Shown here piece after piece: positions 1 to 11,124 of a DNA stretch of 64,000 bases. The DNA is from Enoplolaimus lenunculus (taxonomy: Eukaryota). The position numbers and the translations under genes are program-made. Each line of letters starts with the position of its first letter. The first letter of the stretch is position 1. Below the pieces are notes generated by a model. It worked only from the letters and a program-made list of their open reading frames with translations. It searched no databases and was not told the origin of the DNA. The stretch covers positions 248,001 to 312,000 of the forward strand of contig JASANG010003810.1 in the NCBI GenBank assembly GCA_030248215.1, written 5' to 3'.

Positions 1-323
1 CTCCATATAGCGGCGCCCCCAGTTTGAACTAAGGGCCTAACTAAATACCGCAGGACAAATCTCTTGCAGTATTTTTTCAAAATCGGCGCAGCCATTCGCT
101 AAAGGTTGTCCAAACGTAACCTTTTGCAACAACAAAAAACCGAAGTTTGTTTCGAAATTGTTTATTTTTTATTTCCGCACTGTAGAAAATTTGCTAAATT
201 TGTTCGAAAAACTGAGCACACAAAATTAAAGTACAAAAGCAAATGTTTCCGTAAAGTCAGAAATAACGTACACCACTCAGTAGCTTTATACTACCTTGCG
301 CAAAAAATTAAAAATTCCATTAC

Positions 324-3300
324 CTCAGGGCATCAGCGCCGTACTGGTTCGCAATAAGCATTGGATCTGGAAAATTTTTCTTGCGTTTACTCATTTTACT
401 TCCATCTTCGGCGAGCACAAGGCCGTTGGCAATTAAATTTTTGAACGCTGGTTTACCGAACAATGCTGTTGACAGGACCAAGAGTGTATAGAACCTAAAA
501 TAACTTATTAAAATTTAAACCTTTTCAATATGTTTTAACCCCTTCGCACATAGTTAGCCGTGGGCAACTCAGCGCAATGTGCATGCGTGAAATAATGTAT
601 ACCAGCACAGTGTTTAACAATTGCAACACGTATGCGTAGTACAAAATCCTCATAATACGTAAGAGCTCTTTTTGGCACGCGTGTTAACCTAGTATAGCTG
701 AGTGGTGTTGATAAACGTTTTCCACTCCACACTCCATGTTTCAAAACCAAGCATAAAAATTATATCTCACAGGAGAGGAAACAGAAAGTATTCATGAGAG
801 AAAATTAAATAATACACAATTACGTACATTTTATATTTCAGTTCGTTATCGTCAAGCCTTGAAACGAACAGATGTCTAACTTTTAGCAAAGGTTCAGTAA
901 ATGTCAAGCTAACGTCCACTAGAAACTGCAGATTTTTTAAACACATTTAACAACTATCCCAACGCACGGATTACTGATTGCTACATCAGAAAGTGCCACT
1001 AAAATTAAAAAATAATTTTCGCAACTCAAAGTTGATATAACACACACCAGCCTCTCGTTTGATCAATGCCTTCAGCGATAAAATCCGCAGGAAATATCGT
1101 TTCAAATTCAGATTTATTTTCAAACGGATAGTGTGACTGAGCATAAGGCATGCATCCAGACTCAAACCAGCAATCGAAAACTTCACTGACACGCCGCAAA
1201 AACGTCCCTGGCCTACTCCGGCTTGGAATCAATATTTCATCCACACTGAAGCAGTAAGAAAACAGCAATACGCACTCTGTGCATGCTTCAAATAATGCAA
1301 ATTATTTAGGCGACTGAAACCAAAACATAGAGCGTTAGCCATATCTGATCACAACAGTTCACCGAATATCATCTTTCTCGGTATGTCAGCCCAAGCGTAA
1401 TTCCACTCTGTACTCAAAATCTTACTTGCCAAATTACTCCTTTAACAACTTTTTTAACACATAGAAAGAAATGTAAATTCTTTTTAAATTGTTTCTTTTA
1501 ATATTCTTTTTTACAACACCGTCACACTTTAAACTGAAAAAACACATTTGGATAGATAGATTGAGAAAAAGTTGCAAGTAAAGCGTGTAGACCCCGTAGG
1601 TCGATTAAACTATGCACCATAACTTACTCCACCTACAGGTACTAATAATCAGACAAAGAAACATGGCTTATTATTTACAGCGACAGTTTGACTTACCGCA
1701 AAATGAATTAATTTAAATAAATGACCATACCAAGTATGAATTAAAAATATCTGCTAACTTGTCTCGGTGTAAATCTTCAACTTTGCTCCCAGACAATTCT
1801 TCTAGTTCGGCAATTGACCCGATGCAAACAACCTATAAAAGAGAATGGAAAAAGCGTAGACTTAAATTTAACTAATTCTAAGATAAGCAGTACCATATAG
1901 AGCCCTTCACGAAAATTTTGCTGCATATGCCCTGGGTCTCGAACGCACGACTTACGGATTACCGATCTGCTAAACCATATGAACCAAAGAACACGTAAAG
2001 CTTCATATAATCACCACCTAAAACTAACAAGTCAAAAGTCAAAGAAAACGCAGATGATTTTTCCTAAGCTGTAAGCTTTCTGACGAAATCGAGTTCGAGG
2101 GAAAAGCAGACTCAAGTTTTTATAATATGCCTGGCCAACTAAAATGCTATTTAAACGTCACATTTCACACTACGTAAAAGTTTTTTCCTTAAACTCCAAT
2201 GCAAACTGCCCGTTTAACCCAGTGCAAAATTAAAACTTTCCTCCACTTCTACGAATTCACAGAAAACACTGCCAACTTACTTCCTCAAAATCTTCGCTAA
2301 CCCATAATGGAATTGGTGTACCCCAATAGCGATTACGGCTCACTGCCCAATCTCGCGCGTCGCGCAACCAATTAGCAAAGCGTTTGTCTTTCACGAACGA
2401 AGGCACCCTGGGAACATAAAAACACTTTGATTTAAAATAGCCCTAAAAGAAAACAGTTCAAAAAATTTGTAAAGCTTTATTTGCACATGCTAGTTTACAA
2501 CATCGAGGACTTACAGTTGACACTGCCGTGTTCACATTTTTTTCGAAAATACTGTCACAAATTTTGTAGCTGTTAGCTCATGCTGCAAGAACTTGCACGT
2601 GTAAGTAAGCAGAGATTAATGTGTAGGTCACAATTATTTTATTCCAAATTCAATTCTGTTTGCTGTTCTGATTTCCGCAAATTTAAACCAGTCGTAGAAG
2701 AACTACATGTATTGAGCGAAGCCCGGACACACTTACTTTGTAATCAGTCTAGTTACGCATTCCAAACAATTAATCAAATATGCAGATTAGCTTTAGCGAA
2801 TTATCCACTGATCAGTTTTGACGGGTTATAATCAGTGTATTCAGATTTCTAGCACCAAAAAACCCTTTAGTACTAAATTTGATTGCTGGTAACCATAATA
2901 ATCAGTGAAGTAATTTAGAAAGTCCTAATTTAGGCAAAACTAAATAAATGATACGCAAATTAACTATTAGCTAATTATTCAATTATCGGTTGTGGCGTTT
3001 ATAAACAATTTATTCAGATTGCTCGCACTAAAAACTATTCAATAACCCTAATAATGAGTGAAATAACTTAAAAAATCCTAATTTAGGCTCACCAGTTAAG
3101 CTAATATGCAAATTAGCTATTATCTAATTATTTAATTATCCGTCTTGAACGTTTATAAACAATTTAGTTGATTGCTCGCATATAAACGTTATAATCAGGG
3201 TATTAGCTTACTATTCAATTATCGGTTTTGGACGTTTATATACCATTTATTCAGACTTCTCGTACCCAAAACCCTTCAGTACTAAAATTAAATTGCCTGT

Positions 3301-6300
3301 AACCCAAATAATTAGTGAAATACAGTAAAAAGTCCTATTTTAGGAGGTTAACATTGCAGGATAATAAACTTTCAAACAAATAAAGTTAACCAGTCGTAGT
3401 GGGACTACATTCTTCGCACCTAAAAACCCTTTATTGCTGAAATTATACCGCTTTTAACCTTAATAATTAGTGAAATATTGTAAGAAGTCCTAATTTAGAC
3501 TTACAAACTATGCTAATATGCAAATTATGTATTAGCTAACAACGCAATTATCAGTTTTGGAGGTTTGTAAACAGTCTACGGAGATTTCTCGCACCCAAAA
3601 ACCCTTTAATGCTAAAATTAGATTGCTTCTAACTGTAATAATTAGTGAAATATTGTGGAAAGTCCTAATTTAGGCTTAAATAATTATGCAAATTAGCCTG
3701 TAGCTAATAAACAGCTTAAAATTTTAAAACCCCAATGCGAGGTTAACACTCCAGGATAATTGGCTTTCAAACAAAAAAAGTTTATCAAAATCGGTTCAGC
3801 CGTTACTGAGATTCTTTTCGGACGGACAGACGGACATCCACCTTTCGACCCCCAAGTACAAAACATAAAACGCTTCGCGAAACTCCGAGCTTCGCTCGGA
3901 GTTTCGCTTCGCTCAATCAAAATCGGTTCAGCAGTTCCTGAGATTTTTTTTCGACGGACAGACGGACGGACATCAACCTTTCGATTCCAGCGTAGAAAAG
4001 ATAAAACGCTTTTTAGAAAAACCAACTTATTCTAATAGCAAACCATTTAAAATTAAAAAATCACATTTGACACTGTCTTAACAAAAAAACCAACAAAACC
4101 ATGTGAACCTTACCAATAGGTTTGACTGTTGCACTCAAGCAACTGCTCAACTAAAGATTCGACTCGTATAAACCACGAAGGAACCGCCTTGTAAATCAGC
4201 GGAGTTTCACTTCGCCAACAGAACGGGTACGAATGTTTCGTTTGCGTTGAGTGCACCAACCGATCCGCTTTCTTCAAATTGGTAATGATTGCTTTATCTG
4301 CGTCCTGAAAAAACGATACATAAAAACTTGTAAACAACGACGTATATATTAAAATGTCTTACTCATATTGCTGTCGCTGGTGGACATCAGTACTTAACCC
4401 GAAATTTTCTGTTATCTAAAAATTATTGTGCGCAAAGTCAAACAATGCCCGTAACAGGGCCTGAAAGAAGCAAAAAATGGCAACTAAAAATTCAATCGAG
4501 CAACTACAAATACATACGTATGCAATACACCTACATAACAAAATACTCGTACGTATAATCAAAAGCATGTTTATACATTAGATCCACATACTTTAATATA
4601 CATTCCATGAAAGTCAGGTACTTCATCCGTAAAACATCCAGTTTCATCCACTGGACATATCATTCGCATATCTTTGCTGATTATTTTGTTATACAAACAT
4701 ACACGGTTGTCATCCTAAACAACGTATAGCACAATCAATACGATTGAACGTAAGATTTAACGAATAGCATAAGTACAGTAGTGAACAATTTTTTAACGCT
4801 GAATCAATGTTCCTTAATGCTCATTTGGTACGTACTATCAAACTCTATTTGTCCTTAACAAGAATTGTATAGCACCAAATGAACCATCACGCGTTGCATT
4901 TATGCGCAATCTCACCGGATGACCATATTTCAAGAACATAAGCGCAGCGACTAACGAATCTGATGGCGCATAATAAACAATAGCTGAATAAATCGGCAAA
5001 CTATATCCACTAAATGGATGGATTACCAAAACATAGTGCTAACCCAGGCACATTCTTTTGTACACAAAACGTACTCACTAGCCAGTTACAAACTAGTGTC
5101 TAAGAAGTTAACATTAGTGTATTTAGTTGCAAACTCTTGTCTAATAGTTATCATTGACTTTTGGTCAAACTTTACCTCGCCAAAATACGGCGCCTGATGT
5201 ACCACACCTGTACCAGATTCAGTCGTTACATACTCATCACAAGTCACACGGAACGCTTTTGTTTCCGATTTCAGACGTATAAAATAGTCAAACAGTGGTT
5301 TGTAGAATTTTCCTTCCAACGATTTTCCTTTAAATCTGAAAACACAAAACATGCATTAAGATATACTACATACCTTGAAATGTTTTCCGCTGCAGCGCAC
5401 TGAGTTTAAGTCATGTGCCTTACAGGGACTACAAAAACCATAAATGAACCCAATTTATAAACATTAACTCTGACGTTACCTTTAAATGTCAACCAAACAG
5501 AAATATAAAATTTTGCGCCAACATTTTTAAACCATAAAAACGAAAACTATTAAAATTTGTTGTCTAAATTTAAAAATCCGAAACAATTCTGTTGTTAAAG
5601 TACTTAGCAAATATTTGTTTACACCCCGTTTTTATGAAACATCTGTTTTCGCCGCATTTTCTTTGTATTTCAATGAACCTTCTTTTCGTTGTTTCCATTC
5701 ATATATGCATTCCTATTTCAACAAACCGTTATCCTCGAAATAATATTTAAACTAACCGGTCAAGGACACAATACTCTTCAGTATTTTTATACATAATTTC
5801 AAGCCGTGCTTCCATCAGTATAAGCTTTCGTCCACTATTATTGTCTGAAACAGACATAAAACAGCATTCATTGGCAGCATAGCATGCTAACTGTATATAT
5901 ATATAGTCGTATCCAAAATAAACAGGATGTATACGGTACGGACAGTAAACAGCCAGGTGCTACCGGAATTACAATTTACCGAAACCGGAACCGAAATTTG
6001 AAAAAATTACCGGAAACTGACGCGTAAAATTAAAAATACATGCCACCGAAAAATTCATTTTAATTTTCTTCTTTTGCAATGTTATTCGTGAAATAAAACT
6101 AGTTGAAATAGGTATTGAATTTATCTGTTGTATTTTACATTTTCCCAATCCACGGATGCAAAATCTATCTTCGATGGTTTGTGGAAGACGATAAAATACA
6201 ACCTAGAAGAATGCACTTGTTTACTAATTTGTCTATACCAAACTTTCTCCGACACCACAAATAATTTTAAAAATTTCGAGCTCCTGACACCAATGTTACT

Positions 6301-9300
6301 CCAATTTCATGCAACTACTGTTCATTAGGGAGTTGCAAACTCCATCTCTCTAAAGTTACCAAACAAAGCACACTGCATTTTGTGAAAACACTCATTTCAA
6401 TATCAACCAACCTTGTATCAGTACATAATCTAGACCGGGATTTACACAAACACCTAAATTGCTTGGCAGAGTCCAAGGCGTTGTTGTCCAAGCGACAAGC
6501 GAAACGTCAGGATTATCATCTAGGGGAAAGCTGACGATCACTGAAATGAACAAAAATAATACATTTTGTATAACCCATATTTACAACTATGTATACCACC
6601 TATCACAATTTAACAGCAGGTCTTGTATCTATTACAAATTTTTAATCAAATTTTATTAAATTCCACAAGCTTTTCGCGACTGAGATATAACTAACTACCT
6701 GTTAAATTTAAGCATAAGTCATGTCATTTGGTCCAAATAACAGCTTCTTACTTTCTGTTTCACCGGCGACAATACTTAAAGTTTGTTATTGCAAACAATA
6801 TAATCAAATCCAACAAGTACGTTTACATTATAAAATACATCCAACCGAAAATCCATACCAGAGGGATCTACGACTTCTTTATAATTTTGACCGGATTCAA
6901 AATTTGACAATGGTGTACTGCAACCGGTAGAAAATGGCATTACCTAAAACAAGAAACAATACAACGACTAATCTAAATAAATACACCACATATTCTGTTC
7001 TCCTTTCTCCGATGATATATAAGCAAACAATTAACCTAAGCGCCCGTTCTATCAAGAAAACAATGGTCAACTTCTTTAAGCCTAAACATAAATTTCAGCT
7101 GCTCGATAACAATAAAACTTAGAAAACACGAAAATCTGCTTAAAACAGAATTGTTGTCCAAGTGTAAGTTGAAAAGATATCCGGCCATATTTAACAAGTT
7201 AAGCCGGCAATGTTAATCAGACAACTTACAACGCACAGGCGTGTTATAGACTCCTCGGAAAGTATAAATACAAAAGTAACACCTAATGCTGTATTTAAAA
7301 TAAAGAAGCAAACACGGCAAAACATTAACCACAAAATATACCTTAACTCCTCGATAGACCAAACCTTTCTTGAAAAGTTGACTAAAAACCCACCAGACAG
7401 ATTCCATAAACCATGGATACATTGTTTTGTAGTCATTTTCAAAATCAATCCAACGTCCAGTTCGTGTGACAATATGCTGCAAAAATATTTTCCTTCCTAA
7501 TATTTCATGAAAGTGTACGACTTAGAAAATTTTGAGTAACGTATCAAAGGCCAGACCTCAGTCTTATTTAATCATACAACAGAATGACCTATATGCCTAA
7601 TTGACCAAACTACTCAATTTATCAGATATGGTGAAACAAACGACTCAACTACTGGAGTTTCCCTAGTGGGAGAAGGATGCCCCCATCCACAACTGAGCTC
7701 CCCCCCCCTACTCCGATCACTTCCCCGAGTTGGTCACCCCCTCGCCTTTTAAAACCCCTCTTGCAAACACCAAATTTATTTACAACTTCCACACTTTTTA
7801 GGTATAATTTGAATGTACATAAATTTTGCTTCGCCTCTAACAGCTCCTCACCGCTGTTAGTAAGCTAACAAGAACCGCAGGAAATCCCTCGAACCAAGAA
7901 CTCATACCTGCCATTCAGCTGAGTAACGCATCACAATAGCGCGACATTTGTCATTGTACGCTTTTATTCCCATTTTTTCTACATCAGCCGGTCCACGTAT
8001 GTTGTTTTCTTTGTCAATTTCGTATTCCTAAAAGCTATAAGAAGCTACAGATGATGACTAAACAATCAAAATTTGGTGTTTCTTAACTCATAAGATTATT
8101 GTCATTAATTCTAAATAAGAAAAAACTGTTTCTCATACACAGAAAACATTCAGTCACAGCATCTTGGCTTGATTAAATTTGAAAGCATTGCATATTCATG
8201 AAAAATTTGCATCATTTATGCGCCGTTCGCAATAAAATTGTCATTGCACACGGCGCATTACTGCTTTGTTTTTTATTGCGAACGACGCATTATTGCTTTG
8301 TTTAGAAGTATACAACATTATTACACAGCATGAATGGCGTCAGCTAAAATTGTATGTCTAGGTTGTACGGTTTATAGCGAAGTTCGGTATAGAGTCTATA
8401 CATCACATAGGCTGAATAAAATTGATAACGCAAAAAACTGAATGGGTTCATAACAGAGTCATTAAGATTTTAATTTAGACTTTAATTTAGTCATCCTAGT
8501 TTTTAGAGACTGTGTAACGGACCAACTGTGTCCAAACACCTCGAGGTCTCTTTCAATGGATATGTATCTATCTATCTATCTATGGGTGGGTTCGAACAAG
8601 CGACGTACGGATCCTTAGACAAACGATCTATCAATGCGCCCCGCATCCGCCTGTCTAACTGCTTTTCTTATCGACTGTATGTCGACATGTTTCCAGTCGG
8701 CGAGCACACATACAGTGCACACCACATTATTGCATGTGCACATAACGAACAAGCATGTGTAACATGCTTACAAAAACAAAATATTCTTACTACTGGCAAA
8801 CCGTGACAATCCCATCCAAACCGACGCTCAACATGAAAGCCGCTTTGATGAGCGTATCGCGTTACGATGTCTTTGATTGTCCCGGCAAGCAAGTTTCCGT
8901 AGTGTGGCAGGCCAGTAGCAAACGGCGGACCATCATAGAACGTAAACCTAAAGCCATACAACCATGGTGGCAAAAAGTGTGGATATGGATTGGGAAAACC
9001 TTCGCGGTTCAAATTCAAATGTGATTATGAAAAAACCGAATCTAATAGCTGAATCCAACAGTTTGACAATATACGCTTACATTCTGAAAACAAAAAAATC
9101 AATATTTTTTGTTTCACGTCACAAGTCTCAGAAATAAAGTGGGTCACAACATAATTGCGTTTGCGAAAAAGCAGCTTTGCTGAACTAATTGTATTAGGGT
9201 TGACAATGTTCTCATTTTATTAAGTTGGTACGTCTCTTAAACAAATTATCCATATATCGGAAATTTGCAAAATGCAAGGTTCGGACTCGGATTTGGCAAA

Positions 9301-9490
9301 TTAGTAATGGATCTGGATTCGGTCAAATCGTGGATTCGTTTGTAAGATACTCTAAACGCAACATATGTATATACCTTGCACAGTTTTTATTCCGCTTCAC
9401 AGATGTTCTGAAGGCATCGATTGCGCTCCAGTATTTTAAAATCTCTAGTTCAGTACTAGCAAAATCAACTTTTTCAGGAATACTATCCAT
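324..9490 (-). CDS. IARS1: Cytosolic isoleucyl-tRNA synthetase, 5' portion (gene continues beyond the left edge)
   Basis: Phase-consistent GT-AG exons: 9490-9375, 8947-8791, 8027-7908, 7476-7342, 6943-6859, 6540-6412, 5845-5758, 5335-5176, 4714-4592, 4304-4114, 2407-2281, 1832-1759, 1245-1048, 494-324. Motifs: [16 protein letters not shown] (HIGH), [19 protein letters not shown] and [15 protein letters not shown] (CP1 editing domain), [31 protein letters not shown]. Confidence 0.97.
2687..3917 (+). mobile_element. Non-autonomous Helentron/DINE-1-like element with central tandem repeats
   Basis: 5' end ACCAGTCGTAG, subterminal inverted repeat ATTGAGCGAAGC...GCTTCGCTCAAT, several 140-165 bp tandem units, (GGAC/AGAC)n microsatellite, 3' hairpin GCGAAACTCCGAGC-TTC-GCTCGGAGTTTCGC. 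Confidence 0.7.
8511..8772 (-). mobile_element. Diverged solo or partial LTR of the tRNA-bearing TRIM family, in IleRS intron 2
   Basis: Minus strand starts TGTAAGCATGTTACACATGCTTG and shares the GTGCAyATGCAATA, GTCGACATA..GTCGA, GCAGTT, TAAGGATCC and GTTCGA blocks with the 10423 LTR. The far end and TSD are uncertain. Confidence 0.65.
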
Positions 9491-10530
9491 TCTAAAACAC
9501 ACAAATGATGTTTATAGCACATGTAGTAACGCTAATTTTTAACCACATATTTATTGCAATTGTTGCCACTAGCTACGTTGTTTCGACAGACAACAAAATA
9601 ACAATATTGTATAAGGTTTTGGCACAAAAAACTAGACCAATGTTACGTTTAAGGACGTAACAGTAAATTAAGCGGAATCCTAAGGCTAAACCTAAGCCTA
9701 AGCGGTGCAAAAATGAGCTCCTAAGCCTAAGCCTATGCCTAAGCAAAAAATGTAATGTAGAGACTAAACCTACTCTTTTTATAGACCCATCAGTAACCTG
9801 GACTCCCCTTAGTGTAACTACATGGGCCAACTACTGGTACAGTTTAGCTGAACACTTACAAACCGACTCTAATTAAAACTTGGTAAACTAGAGAGACTGG
9901 GATATTGGACGACGGGGACACTGATAGAATAAATATTTAGAGACAGGACGGCGGGCTCGTAGCCAAAAAGGGCTTGGTGGTTCAGCCCCTTTGTAAGTAT
10001 TTTGGCCCCTTTTAATAAAGACCAGTTTCAACCTTGCTTGAATAATCATCGAAAATTAGGTACGCTGGGAGCGCGGGTTACTGAAAGACTCGGGCACTAG
10101 GAGACTGGGAGATAGCTGTCCAATCCTCTTGTTTTCTCGAAAAAATTTAGAGCTGTTATGCACATGACCGAGACAAAGATGCCGGATGATGTTCAACCAA
10201 ACATAGTGGACAAGCGTAGCCTCAGTGTAATTTAAGGATAGGTCTGTAACTAAACCTAGCTCTAAGCCTAAGCTTTTAACAAAAATTAGCTTAAAGGCTA
10301 AGCTTACAGTATTGCAGCACGGAGAAAAATGACCATCCTCCATGTTATAGGTAAATATGAGTGTATCGGGGTTGAGAAACGATAAACGGATAGCTAGTTG
10401 GAGATGAAATTGTAAAGCTACTTGTAAGCATGTGAGACATGCTTGTCCTGGTGCATATGCAATAAAAGCAATGTACATTGTGTTGTACGGTCGACATATA
10501 TAGTCGACGGAAAACGCAGTTGGAGGGGCG

Positions 10531-10602
10531 GACTACGTGGCGCAGTGGTAGAGTGCTCGCTTAAGGATCCAAAGGCTAAGAGTTTGATCCCCGCTCTAGC
10601 CC
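10531..10602 (+). pseudogene. tRNA-like cassette in 5' LTR (Pro-like)
   Basis: 72 nt. A box TGGCGCAGTGG, B box GTTTGATCC, acceptor strands GACTACG/TCTAGCC, followed by GCTTTT. Confidence 0.65.
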
Positions 10603-10866
10603 GCTTTTCCAACTGCTTAGTTGAAAGGTCTGATTTCCCGCATCCTACCTAGACTGACATGGGGGCTACTCCGTGGACGCAATGGCAAACTGCCGCGCTA
10701 TGAACACGGTATCCAGTCGAAAATAGGATGGACGGTCAAGGGACGACCTTGCTGAAAATAAGGGCATGTGAGACATGCTTGTCCTGGTGCATATGCAATA
10801 AAAGCAATGCACATTGTGTTGTACGGTCGACATATATAGTCGACGAAAAACGCAGTTGGAGGGGCG

Positions 10867-10938
10867 GGCTACGTGGCGCAGTGGTAGAGTGCTTGCTTAA
10901 GGATCCAAAGGCTAAGAGTTCGATCCCCGTTCTAGCCC
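10867..10938 (+). pseudogene. tRNA-like cassette in 3' LTR (Pro-like)
   Basis: 72 nt. A box TGGCGCAGTGG, intact B box GTTCGATCC, acceptor strands GGCTACG/TCTAGCC, T4 run 2 nt downstream. Anticodon and T stems are degenerate. Confidence 0.7.
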
Positions 10939-11124
10939 GCTTTTCCAACTGCTTAGTTGAAAGGTCTGATTTCCCGCATCCTACCTAGACTGACACTACT
11001 GTTTACAGCGGGTTGGAGTGTGTTAACTGTAAAACCTAACTTAACTCGTTATTGCCATTCATTTCGTGTTCTAGGTGTTTGTTTGTTTGTTTGTTTTTGT
11101 AAAGTACTAACAGGCATATTAAAT

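Larger units (their letters stand above)
10423..10995 (+). mobile_element. TRIM (miniature non-autonomous LTR retrotransposon) with a tRNA-like cassette in each LTR
   Basis: 5' LTR 10423-10659 and 3' LTR 10767-10995, both TG...CA, differing by 6 transitions and an 8-bp indel. PBS TGGGGGCTAC at 10660, purine tract GAAAATAAGGG before the 3' LTR, perfect TSD CTACT (10418-10422 and 10996-11000). Confidence 0.9.
9491..11124. promoter_or_regulatory. Inferred bidirectional promoter region between IleRS and Dicer
   Basis: Divergent start codons 1.6 kb apart. Each ATG is immediately preceded by a 3' splice site: TTTTAG-A-ATG for IleRS, and a U-rich tract plus TACTAACAG 11 nt before the Dicer ATG. Confidence 0.55.

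Noticed and set aside
10443..10988. Duplicated short ORFs (MSWCICNK..., MEKRAR...)
   Set aside because: They are translations of the two LTRs, not genes.
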